From Fibrobacter succinogenes (GTDB taxonomy: Bacteria > Fibrobacterota > Fibrobacteria > Fibrobacterales > Fibrobacteraceae), in NCBI GenBank assembly GCA_902781185.1, contig CACZII010000005.1, forward strand, positions 1 through 37,546: DNA of 37,546 nucleotides, given 5' to 3'. Position numbers and translations under genes: made by a program. The notes beneath the pieces are model-generated. The model ran no database searches, had not been told where the DNA came from, and worked only from the letters and a program-made list of their open reading frames with translations. Of the stretch, positions 28,235-36,967 are shown one piece after another. Numbering within the stretch: the first letter of the stretch is position 1; each line of letters opens with the position of its first letter.

Positions 28235-28963
28235 TTAAATTCCTAAAGTCAGACGATCCTTGTAGAACACATCTACCTCGTCCGTATAAAGTTCCTGTTC
28301 CGCCACGATGTCGTACGGAACACAAACATGCTCGTATTCCGTCGTCTCGGTATCGAGAATTCCAAACTGCGCGCAAGGATTAATGTTGCGCGGCTGCCCC
28401 ACAGATCCGGGATTAATAAAGACAGTCTTCTTCTTGTTTCTCGTGCTCGGGGAATCCGCCCTGAAAAGCACTTCGAAGTAATGGCACAAATGGGAATGGG
28501 CCGTCAGTACAAAATCGTACGGGGCGTATTCTTCACGCGTAAGTTCTACAGGCGTAAACTTGCCCCAGTACGGGTCACCCATAATGCCATGCACTAGTAG
28601 AAACTTCTTGCCGTCGATTTCCAGGGAACAAGTACCGTCGCGGTTCATCCTGTTGTTGATAAAGTCGATGGATTCCTGCGAAAGGCGCTTTTGCGTATAA
28701 TGGAGGATGGCGCGCCCACGGTCTGTCGCGAAACGAGTCGTGTCGTTGTCCATGACCGCTTTCTCGTGGTTTCCCCAGATTTTCGCGATAAACTTGTCAT
28801 CCATTTCGCGGACCATGTCCACGATTTCGTTCGGACGCATGCCGTAATTAACTAGGTCGCCCAACAGCACAAACTTGTCAACATTGCGACGTCCGACTTC
28901 CTCGAGCACCGCATTCAATGCCGTCACGTTCGCATGGATATCCGACAGCAGGGCGAGTCGCAT
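28235..28963 (-). CDS. Calcineurin-like metallophosphoesterase
   Basis: SDIHAN, LGDLVNYG, GNHE, VHG, AHSH, NPGSVGQPR. Confidence 0.92.
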   Translation of the reverse strand: MRLALLSDIHANVTALNAVLEEVGRRNVDKFVLLGDLVNYGMRPNEIVDMVREMDDKFIAKIWGNHEKAVMDNDTTRFATDRGRAILHYTQKRLSQESIDFINNRMNRDGTCSLEIDGKKFLLVHGIMGDPYWGKFTPVELTREEYAPYDFVLTAHSHLCHYFEVLFRADSPSTRNKKKTVFINPGSVGQPRNINPCAQFGILDTETTEYEHVCVPYDIVAEQELYTDEVDVFYKDRLTLGI

Positions 28964-28965
28964 TC

Positions 28966-30093
28966 TTATTTCCTCAGGAACTCCATGAGAGAGTTCTTGT
29001 TTTCGATAGGCGTGGTAGTCGGGCGGCCCAAGTCCTTGCGGTTGCCCTTCTTCACCTTGACTTCGAGGAGCACGGGGCCTTCCATACTGCGCAACTTGCC
29101 CAGCGATTCAGCAAGCGATTCCTTGCTGTCAGCGGTCAGAGCATCGCGATAACCCACGGCCTTCGCGACAGCGGGCAGGTCGATCTTGAGGCCTACCGTC
29201 GGCTGGCCGCCCACGGAGTCGTGCGCGCCGTTGTTGAACACCACGTGAACGTAGTTTGCGGGAGACTTGCTCGCGACAATCGCCATGGAACCCATGTGCA
29301 TGATGGTCGCGCCGTCACCGTCAAAGCACCATACCTTGCGGTCTTCCTTTTCCATCGCGATGCCAAGCGCAATCTGCGAGGCGTGTCCCATGGAGCCCAC
29401 CGTCAAAAAGTCGCGCTCGTGACCTTCACACTTCTGGGCGCGGTATTCAAAAAGTTCGCGGCTGATCATGCCAGTGGTAGAGACAATCACGTCCTTTTCG
29501 CCGAGCGCAGCAGCCACAGTCTGGATAGCTTCTTCGCGGCTCATCGTGAGGTCGTTTTTCTCGACGCTCTGGAGCTTGTAATCCTCGAAGGTGTCCTTCT
29601 CGATGACAAGCGCATAGACCTCGCCCGTTTCCTTCATCGTCTTGACGGCCTTCGCAATCTGCTTTGCCGCCTTGTCCTCTTCCTTGCAAAGCACGTCAAA
29701 GTTCACGCCCATGGTGTTCAGGATGCCTGTAGTCACCTTACCCTGCTTCACATGCTGGGGCTCGTCGTGAACGCCCGGACGGCCACGCCAGCCAATGAGA
29801 AGCAGTACGGGAATGTTGTAGACTTCCTTGTCGGTAAGCGAAGCGAGCGGGTTGATGATGTTGCCTTCGCCCGAGTTCTGCATGTACACGACACCGATGT
29901 TTCCCGTAGCCAGGTGGTAGCCAGCAGCAAGGCCCACGGCAGCACCTTCGTTCGCGGCAATCACATTATGCCTTGCATCCTTATTGTCGGCAATGTAGGC
30001 ACAAATGTTCTTGAGCAAGGAATCGGGAACCCCGGCAAAAAAATCAATGCCGTAGGAACCGAGTGTGTCGATAAAAAACTTCGGACTAATCAT
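28966..30093 (-). CDS. aepY: Phosphonopyruvate decarboxylase
   Basis: FAGVPDSLLK, ANEGAAVGLAAG, YMQNSG, DEPQH, VGSMGHASQ, ThDP motif DGDG...NN, HDSVGGQPT. Confidence 0.96.
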   Translation of the reverse strand: MISPKFFIDTLGSYGIDFFAGVPDSLLKNICAYIADNKDARHNVIAANEGAAVGLAAGYHLATGNIGVVYMQNSGEGNIINPLASLTDKEVYNIPVLLLIGWRGRPGVHDEPQHVKQGKVTTGILNTMGVNFDVLCKEEDKAAKQIAKAVKTMKETGEVYALVIEKDTFEDYKLQSVEKNDLTMSREEAIQTVAAALGEKDVIVSTTGMISRELFEYRAQKCEGHERDFLTVGSMGHASQIALGIAMEKEDRKVWCFDGDGATIMHMGSMAIVASKSPANYVHVVFNNGAHDSVGGQPTVGLKIDLPAVAKAVGYRDALTADSKESLAESLGKLRSMEGPVLLEVKVKKGNRKDLGRPTTTPIENKNSLMEFLRK

Positions 30094-30106
30094 AAGTAGA
30101 ATACCG

Positions 30107-31417
30107 TTACTTCTTCATCGTTCCGGGAATGAGGTTCAGAATCTGCTTGATGGGCATACAGTAGTCGTTGGAAGCCTCAAGGCTACGACTGTGCGTCAGG
30201 ATAGATTCGGCGCACTTCACCATGGCAGGGTATGCAGACCTCAGCATGTGGTTTGCATAGATGACCACGTTGATGCCCCAGGTCGCCAGTTCCTCTTCGG
30301 TAAACTGGTTGTAGGTCGTGGGCACGGCGACAATCGGCGTATGCGCATCCTTTTCGCGAAAGCGCTTGCAGAATTCCTTGATATCCTCGCCGCTCTTGTC
30401 CTTGGAATGAATCATGATGCCGTCGGTACCGGCAGCCACATAGGCATGGCAGCGTTCCAGCGCATCGTCGACGGACTTGCCCGCAATCAGGGATTCGCAG
30501 CGGGAAATCACCATGAAGTCATTCGTAATCTGTGCGTCCTTGCCTGCACGAATCTTGGTGCAGAAGCCCTCGATGGTGTCCTGCGTCTGGATGGCGTCAG
30601 TCCCGAACAGGGAGTTCTGCTTGAGCCCAACCTTGTCCTCGATAATAACCGCAGAGATGCCGAGGCGTTCCAGCGTGCGGACCGTAAAACCGAAATGTTC
30701 CACCTTTCCACCCGTGTCACCATCAAAAATGACTGGCTTGGTCGTGACTTCAAGCGTATCGTTCAGGTCGTGCAGGCGGGTCGTGAGGTCCACCGCCTCG
30801 ATATCCGGCTTGCCCTTGCTGGTAGAATCGGTAAGGGACGAAGACCACATGCCATCGAACTCGCGGATGCAGCCGTTTATCTCAACACTCGTGTGTTCGG
30901 CAATAAGACCGGTAAGGCCGTTATGCGATTCCAGAATACGGACAATCGGCTTTGCCGCAATCAGACGGCGCAGCGAAGAAAGCCTAGCCTGCGGGGTCGT
31001 GCCCAGCGATTCCATTTCCTTCTTGAGGCCGGTCGAGGTAATGCCCTGCGTGTAAGGGATTTCAATCACCTTGCCACCCTGAGCTTCCATGACCTTGAAC
31101 ACCTCATCACGGATATACTTGTCCGGGCCGTAGAGCCAGTCGTCACCGTGGATGATGTAGTCCGGCTTGTACTTTTTCAGGTTCTCGACATAGCTCCATT
31201 CATCCTGAGGCACGACCTTCGAGACTCCGCGGATGTTCTCGATGACATTCTTGCGTTGTTCGTAGTTCAGGTATGGAAGACGCTTGTGCGTCGCAATCGC
31301 CTTGTCCGTAAAAAGCCCAATCATCACATCGCCATACTTGGCGCCCTCATTGATGATATTGATAAGACCTGGGTGCATAATGTCCCCGATCATTCCTAGA
31401 TAAACAGTCTTTGGCAT
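30107..31417 (-). CDS. aepX: Phosphoenolpyruvate mutase with N-terminal cytidylyltransferase-like domain
   Basis: PepM signature EDKVGLKQNS (EDKx5NS), DGDTGG, YANHMLR; N-terminal domain with MHPGL, HGDDW, PYTQGITST. Confidence 0.96.
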   Translation of the reverse strand: MPKTVYLGMIGDIMHPGLINIINEGAKYGDVMIGLFTDKAIATHKRLPYLNYEQRKNVIENIRGVSKVVPQDEWSYVENLKKYKPDYIIHGDDWLYGPDKYIRDEVFKVMEAQGGKVIEIPYTQGITSTGLKKEMESLGTTPQARLSSLRRLIAAKPIVRILESHNGLTGLIAEHTSVEINGCIREFDGMWSSSLTDSTSKGKPDIEAVDLTTRLHDLNDTLEVTTKPVIFDGDTGGKVEHFGFTVRTLERLGISAVIIEDKVGLKQNSLFGTDAIQTQDTIEGFCTKIRAGKDAQITNDFMVISRCESLIAGKSVDDALERCHAYVAAGTDGIMIHSKDKSGEDIKEFCKRFREKDAHTPIVAVPTTYNQFTEEELATWGINVVIYANHMLRSAYPAMVKCAESILTHSRSLEASNDYCMPIKQILNLIPGTMKK

Positions 31418-31447
31418 AAAAACGCTCTCCCCATTTCTTAAAGTAAA

Positions 31448-32209
31448 TTAAGACTTTACCCCAAATTTCCGCTTCAAGAAATTAAAGCCTTTCACAATCC
31501 AGTTCTGTTTTTCCATAAACATGCAGGGAATTTCCTTGTACTTTATGGAATTTGTTTCCAACCAAACATCTATTAGTCTTTCGCTTACAAAGCCAAATAC
31601 GCGAGAATCATTCTGGTTGTATTGAGAAATATCCAGCCGTTTTTCCAGTTCAAAAAGGATGTCGAACAGCCATTTACAATAACTATCGAACTTATCCTTT
31701 TTCATTATAAACATATTGAAACGATGGCCAATCGTTCTTTTCATGTAGGCATCATAGGCAGCCAAATACTCGGGATATTTCTCAGACAGGATCTGTCTTG
31801 TCGTATCCAAATCTATAGCATGGTGAGCATGGACATATTGCGAGTAATTTGACTCAATGAAGTAGTTCCTTGGTTTCGGCAAGATTACATCAACACCCTG
31901 AACTAGGGATTCCAATTCGGAAGCCGTTAAAATGGATGACCATTTATCTCTACCCGGCTTAGTAGAAAAATGCCTGCGGTAGTGGGACAGTCCGATATAT
32001 TCGGCATCCATGTTTTTCCAAGCCCAATAAAGACCGGTAAGTTCACAATAGTTTTTGTTCTTCACACTGATATTGTCGCCCACGTTGTCCATGGCGTAGC
32101 CCAAGGAATTCTTGCCCTCAGCACCAACCTGAACAGGAATATACATGGAATCCGTCGGCATCTGATACGCCTTGTGTGTTGCAACAATTATCTTAGCATT
32201 CAAGCTCAT
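31448..32209 (-). CDS. DUF4422-family glycosyltransferase (likely galactofuranosyltransferase)
   Basis: VATHK, DNISVKNKNYCELTGLYWAWKN, GLSHYRRHF, NMFI, GFVSERL; ATGA overlap with the upstream gene; glf nearby. Confidence 0.85.
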   Translation of the reverse strand: MSLNAKIIVATHKAYQMPTDSMYIPVQVGAEGKNSLGYAMDNVGDNISVKNKNYCELTGLYWAWKNMDAEYIGLSHYRRHFSTKPGRDKWSSILTASELESLVQGVDVILPKPRNYFIESNYSQYVHAHHAIDLDTTRQILSEKYPEYLAAYDAYMKRTIGHRFNMFIMKKDKFDSYCKWLFDILFELEKRLDISQYNQNDSRVFGFVSERLIDVWLETNSIKYKEIPCMFMEKQNWIVKGFNFLKRKFGVKS

Positions 32210-33168
32210 ACTAACTCTTTTTCTCCGCAATCCTTGAACCAGTCTCTAAAGGCATCCTTTAAAGAATACCCTAGCGGATAATCCCGCGCTAATTTTGCAC
32301 CATCAATGTTGGTGGACACCATGAGTTTCTTCACACGGGCGGGACATATACCTAAACCCAGTCCGCCAAGCATGCCACATACCGTCGCTGCAGCCATCAT
32401 CGGTTTTTGAGGAATGTACGGAATGTGACGGTTCATGCCAGTCGCTTCAAGCATAGTACTTGCAATCTGTTCTATGGTAAACGAAGGGAAATAACAGCAG
32501 TTGTAAAGCTGCACCCGATTTGCGTTTTCATTTTCGGCCATAGCAAGCATGACTCGTACCAAATCTTTCACATAGATGCAAGCCTTGATTGTATCTTTGC
32601 GGCCAGCATAGGCAAACTTGTGACCTTTCAAGCCCTTATACAAGCGAGTCATATTGCCATTCTCGCCCTTACCGAATACGATTCCCGGACGAACGATAGA
32701 AAGCCTATGGTTTTCGCCTTTAGCAGACCACTCTCGATGAATCTTTTCAGCAACCAACTTGGAAATTCCATAAGGCGTGTTGGGGGTCGGGAGAGTTTCT
32801 TCGGTCTTCAGTTCTTCAGCAGCGCCATAAGGGGCAATGCTGCTGGTGAATACGATGTTCTCTATGCCATTCTTTTCGGCAAAAGCGCAGACATTCTCTG
32901 CACCGCGGATGTTAGTTTCAAAATAGGCGTAATCAGGATGTCCAGGAGTGCGGTGAATGGCAGCGAAATTAAAGACAAGCGTATTCTTACCGAAACTTCC
33001 CTGCATTTCAATCGGTTTACGAACATCGATCTTTTGAGAGAATTCGGTGCCTTCAGCAAGCAAATCTGCAACATATATTTTCGCATCCGGATACTTTTCC
33101 CGAAGTAACCGCTGCATATGAGACCCAATGAATCCACACCCACCAAAAATCACAAAAGAATCAAACAT
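32206..33168 (-). CDS. NAD-dependent epimerase, Gnu-like (possible lipid-linked sugar 4-epimerase)
   Basis: FGGCGFIG, AAIHR, FTSSIAPYG, YGISK, REW, RPGIVFG..ENGN. Confidence 0.75.
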   Translation of the reverse strand: MFDSFVIFGGCGFIGSHMQRLLREKYPDAKIYVADLLAEGTEFSQKIDVRKPIEMQGSFGKNTLVFNFAAIHRTPGHPDYAYFETNIRGAENVCAFAEKNGIENIVFTSSIAPYGAAEELKTEETLPTPNTPYGISKLVAEKIHREWSAKGENHRLSIVRPGIVFGKGENGNMTRLYKGLKGHKFAYAGRKDTIKACIYVKDLVRVMLAMAENENANRVQLYNCCYFPSFTIEQIASTMLEATGMNRHIPYIPQKPMMAAATVCGMLGGLGLGICPARVKKLMVSTNIDGAKLARDYPLGYSLKDAFRDWFKDCGEKELV

Positions 33169-33170
33169 TT

Positions 33171-34295
33171 TTACCCGAACTCCTTCCCTACGCAGGCAAG
33201 AGCCTCCGCAATCACGTGATGCATGTCAAAATACTTGTACATTCCCAGACGGCCGCCAAAAATCACGTTTGCTTCTGCATCGGCCAAGGCCTTGTACTTG
33301 GCATAGAGCGCGTTGTTCTTTTCGTCGTTCATGGGGTAATAAGGCTCATCCCCACGCTTCCAAGTGGCAGGATACTCGCGAGTCACCACCGTATGGTCTG
33401 TGGCAAGGCCGCCCTGACAACCATATTCAAAATGTTTATGCTCAATGATACGGGTAAAGGGAACCTCTGCTTCCGTGTAATTGACTACGGCATTGCCCTG
33501 GTAATTTTCCTGGGGTAGGTCCTCCGTCTCAAAGCGGAGACTGCGATATTCCAATTCACCAAACTTGTAGTCGTAATACTCGTCAATCATACCCGTGAAA
33601 ACGATTTTTCGAGCGTCAGCAACTAGAGCACCACGTTCCTTGAAGAAATCCACCCCTAGACGAACCTCGACACCCTCCAGCATTTTTTCAACTATCTGAG
33701 TATAACCACCAACAGGGATCCCCTGGTACTTATCGTTAAAGTAATTGTTGTCGTAAACCAGACGCACGGGCAATCGCTTGATAATGAATGCCGGGAGCTC
33801 AGTACACTTGCGGCCCCACTGTTTCTCGGTATAGCCCTTGATGAGCTTTTCGTAGATATCGCGGCCAACCAGTGACAGCGCCTGTTCTTCTAGATTGGCA
33901 GGTTCACGGCCATTCAACGCGGCAACCGCTTCCGCCTTCTGCTCATCCAGCTTCGCCTGGGCTTCGGACGGAGTCCTGACCCCCCACATCTGGCTGAAGG
34001 TATTCATGTTGAAGGGCAGATTATACAGTTCTTTCTTATAGCGGGCCACTGGGCTATTGGTATAGCGATTGAACTCCGCGAACTGCTGGATATAGTCCCA
34101 GACTTCCTTGTTGCTGGTATGGAAAATGTGAGCACCAAACTTGTGTACATTTATACCACCCACATTTTCGGTGTAGACATTACCAGCAATGTGGGCACGC
34201 CGGTCTATTACGAGGACACTTTTCCCCCGCTTATGCGCTTCATGCGCAAAGACCGCTCCAAAAAGGCCTGCACCCACAACAAGGTAGTCAAACAT
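33171..34295 (-). CDS. glf: UDP-galactopyranose mutase
   Basis: VGAGLFG, HKFGAHIFHT, YTEKQWG, YFNDKYQGIP, RIIEHKHF, EPYYP, GRLGMYKYFDM. Confidence 0.97.
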   Translation of the reverse strand: MFDYLVVGAGLFGAVFAHEAHKRGKSVLVIDRRAHIAGNVYTENVGGINVHKFGAHIFHTSNKEVWDYIQQFAEFNRYTNSPVARYKKELYNLPFNMNTFSQMWGVRTPSEAQAKLDEQKAEAVAALNGREPANLEEQALSLVGRDIYEKLIKGYTEKQWGRKCTELPAFIIKRLPVRLVYDNNYFNDKYQGIPVGGYTQIVEKMLEGVEVRLGVDFFKERGALVADARKIVFTGMIDEYYDYKFGELEYRSLRFETEDLPQENYQGNAVVNYTEAEVPFTRIIEHKHFEYGCQGGLATDHTVVTREYPATWKRGDEPYYPMNDEKNNALYAKYKALADAEANVIFGGRLGMYKYFDMHHVIAEALACVGKEFG

Positions 34296-34297
34296 TT

Positions 34298-35668
34298 CTA
34301 CTCAGCCTTTCCCTTACCGATACTGGACACTTCGAAGCCAATCTTACGAAGAGCGTCAGCATCCAAGATGTTACGCCCATCAAACACGAAGGCCGGCTTG
34401 GCCATGCCCTTATAGATGCGTTTCCAATCCAGCTCAGCAAAGCACTTCCATTCGGTGCAGACCACCACAGCGTGGGCGCCTTCGGCGGCCTTGTACGGGT
34501 CTTCCTCAAACTGAACCTGGTCCAGCACGTCCTTCAGGTCGCGCTTGGCGTCGGGAATGGCCTTCGGATCGGTAACCACAGGCTGAGCATGCTCGTTGAG
34601 CAAGTCGCGGACCACCAGGTTGGCGGGGCTTTCGCGGGTATCACCTGTATTAGCCTTGAAGGCAAAGCCGAACACGGCGATCCTCTTGCTAGCAATGGTG
34701 TTGAACATGGTTTCCAGCATGCGATCCACCACACGGTGGGTCTGCCATTCGTTAATCTTCACCACAGATTCCCAGTAGGCAGCGACTTCGGGCAGTCCGT
34801 AATAGCCGCACAGGTACACCAGGTTCAAAATATCCTTCTTGAAGCAACTTCCGCCAAAGCCGATAGAGGCCTTGAGGAACTTCGGGCCAATACGGGTATC
34901 CTTGCCCATCACGTAGGCCACCTCATCTACGTCAGCCCCAGTCTTTTCGCAAAGGGCGCTAATGGAGTTGATGGAGCTGATGCGCTGAGCCAGGAAGGCA
35001 TTGGCAGTAAGCTTGGTAAGCTCGGAACTCCAGAGGTTCGTCGTCAAGATGCGCTCACGGGGAACCCAATGGGCATACACGTCCACCAACTTCTGGCAGG
35101 CGGCCAAGCCAGACTCCGTCTGGTGAGAGCCGATGAGCACGCGGTCCGGTTCGAAAAGGTCCTTGATGGCGGTGCCTTCAGCAAGGAACTCGGGGTTAGA
35201 GAGCACTTCAAAATGCAAGCCCTTGTCGTTGCTATTCAGAATCCGTTCCATGGCGGCGGCGGTACGCACCGGGAGTGTGGACTTTTCCACAATAATCTTC
35301 CCTTCGTTCGCCACTTCCAAAATGTTGCGAGCCGTCTTTTCCCAGTACTGCAGGTCAGAAGCCTTGCCAGCGCCATGGCCAAAGGTCTTCGTAGGTGTGT
35401 TCACGGAAACAAAGATGATATCTGCTTCCTTAATGGCCGCGGGAATGTCCGTGCTAAAGAAAAGATTCCTGCCACGGGCACGTTTTACCACATCATCCAG
35501 GCCAGGTTCAAAAATCGGAAGGTTGTCGCTATTCCAAGCGTCTATTCGGGCCTGGTTGATATCCACCACGGTCACTTTCACGTCGGGGCACTTGTCGGCA
35601 ATAACGGTCATGGTGGGGCCACCGACGTAGCCCGCGCCAATACAGAGAATTTTCGTATTGAAGCTCAT
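34298..35668 (-). CDS. ugd: UDP-glucose 6-dehydrogenase
   Basis: Start [19 protein letters not shown] at 35668; [43 protein letters not shown]. Confidence 0.96.
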   Translation of the reverse strand: MSFNTKILCIGAGYVGGPTMTVIADKCPDVKVTVVDINQARIDAWNSDNLPIFEPGLDDVVKRARGRNLFFSTDIPAAIKEADIIFVSVNTPTKTFGHGAGKASDLQYWEKTARNILEVANEGKIIVEKSTLPVRTAAAMERILNSNDKGLHFEVLSNPEFLAEGTAIKDLFEPDRVLIGSHQTESGLAACQKLVDVYAHWVPRERILTTNLWSSELTKLTANAFLAQRISSINSISALCEKTGADVDEVAYVMGKDTRIGPKFLKASIGFGGSCFKKDILNLVYLCGYYGLPEVAAYWESVVKINEWQTHRVVDRMLETMFNTIASKRIAVFGFAFKANTGDTRESPANLVVRDLLNEHAQPVVTDPKAIPDAKRDLKDVLDQVQFEEDPYKAAEGAHAVVVCTEWKCFAELDWKRIYKGMAKPAFVFDGRNILDADALRKIGFEVSSIGKGKAE

Positions 35669-35677
35669 AGTACCTAT

Positions 35678-35692
35678 AATGTAGAAAAAAAA
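35678..35692 (-). promoter_or_regulatory. Putative promoter of the capsule operon (T8-c-TACATT, 9 nt before the ugd ATG)
   Basis: Minus strand ttttttttcTACATTataggtactATG in the divergent ugd/SGNH spacer. Confidence 0.45.
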
Positions 35693-35741
35693 GGCTATCT
35701 TTATGCCCAAGGAACCAAGACGAGCAACCATAGAAGCAACC

Positions 35742-36359
35742 ATGCAAAAAAAACACAGTTTTACCCCCTTTTTTCTGTTGCCGTTCTTGTCTTTCCTGCT
35801 GGCAGGATGCACTCAGGATGACGCCGTTTCTGAGCTATGCTTTATCGGCGATTCCATTACGCACCAATGGGATGTGGAATCTTTCTTCCCCGGGTATATC
35901 ATCCACAAGCATGCCGTCAACGGGGCCAAATTACGCGACATTCAAAAATGGGACATATCGGATTGCAAAGGCAGGTGGACCATAATGCTCATGGGCACAA
36001 ATGACATAGGGCATATCGGCATAAACCAAGAAAATGCCCAGGATACCATCCAGTCCTTCGCCCACGCCTATGTCCAACAGGCCCAAGTTCTTCAAGCCGA
36101 ATTTCTTCTTGCCATTTCAATCCTACCCCGCCATTACAAAGGCGAAAATGAAATAGACCACAACAGGCTCATTGAAAAGCAGAACCAACTTTTAGCAGAT
36201 TCTTTGAAAAACACAAATTTAAGATTCAAATTTGTAGATGCATATAGTCTGTTTCTTGACCAAGACTACACCATCAACGAAGACCTATTCCGTGACGGGC
36301 TTCACCCGAGGCCAGAAGGATATGAAATCTTAAGCAATGCTATCAGGAGAGAACTATGA
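35742..36359 (+). CDS. SGNH/GDSL hydrolase lipoprotein
   Basis: LLAG-C lipobox; FIGDSIT, MGTND, DGLHP blocks. Confidence 0.88.
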   Translation: MQKKHSFTPFFLLPFLSFLLAGCTQDDAVSELCFIGDSITHQWDVESFFPGYIIHKHAVNGAKLRDIQKWDISDCKGRWTIMLMGTNDIGHIGINQENAQDTIQSFAHAYVQQAQVLQAEFLLAISILPRHYKGENEIDHNRLIEKQNQLLADSLKNTNLRFKFVDAYSLFLDQDYTINEDLFRDGLHPRPEGYEILSNAIRREL

Positions 36360-36967
36360 AAGTGATTTTTTCTATCCTCTTTCTTGCTCTGACCCTATAC
36401 GCAAGCGAAGCCGAATTTTCCATCGCCATGCGCAATTCCAAGTACGGATCCATCGGTTTCGAATACAATGACATCGGTGTGGTATATGAAAACTCCGTAT
36501 TTATTGATGTCCTTGAAAAGCAATATGCAAGGTTGTTAATTTATCATGATTTTTCCTGGACTGACCGCATCGAATTGCGCTACTCCCTATACTACGGGAC
36601 CCGTTACAATCAGGATTATTACGATTACGGTGGGATTTTCGAAATCAACACCAGAATCATTAAGCATGCCCTCCAGTTTTCTGGAATTTATCAACCCTAT
36701 TACGACAGCGATCTAGAAATCAGCCACGGCTATTCCGTAGCTCTCTCCTTATTCCCCCTCTCCGAAGTAGGAGTCACAGGGGGCATACGCAACATTCCAG
36801 ACTATCGGGAAACGGAAAGGCGGGTATTTGCAGGATTGGTTTTTGATACGCCTCACCTACTTCTCCAACCCATTATTTCAACGCCTTTGCGAAGTGGCGC
36901 CAAGTCTGTCACGCGACTGACAATCAACTTTGTATACAGGCTTTCTTTACTTGAAAACGGCAGTTAG
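36356..36967 (+). CDS. Secreted hypothetical protein, beta-strand rich (possible small OM barrel)
   Basis: Signal peptide [16 protein letters not shown]; Tyr/Gly-rich alternating strands; ATGA overlap with the SGNH gene. Confidence 0.65.
   Translation: MKVIFSILFLALTLYASEAEFSIAMRNSKYGSIGFEYNDIGVVYENSVFIDVLEKQYARLLIYHDFSWTDRIELRYSLYYGTRYNQDYYDYGGIFEINTRIIKHALQFSGIYQPYYDSDLEISHGYSVALSLFPLSEVGVTGGIRNIPDYRETERRVFAGLVFDTPHLLLQPIISTPLRSGAKSVTRLTINFVYRLSLLENGS

Noticed and set aside
28918-31399. 393- and 444-aa + strand ORFs opposite ppd and pepM
   Set aside because: Antisense shadows from GC3-rich codon usage
30107-31417. Phosphonate antibiotic (fosfomycin-like) cluster
   Set aside because: No radical-SAM methyltransferase, epoxidase, peptide ligase, exporter or resistance kinase; embedded in wzx/wzy genes
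34298-35668. Eukaryote-like Ugd sequence as evidence of HGT
   Set aside because: This GAGYVGGPT subtype is also common in bacteria; not informative without a tree
34472-35821. 449-aa + strand ORF opposite ugd
   Set aside because: Antisense shadow
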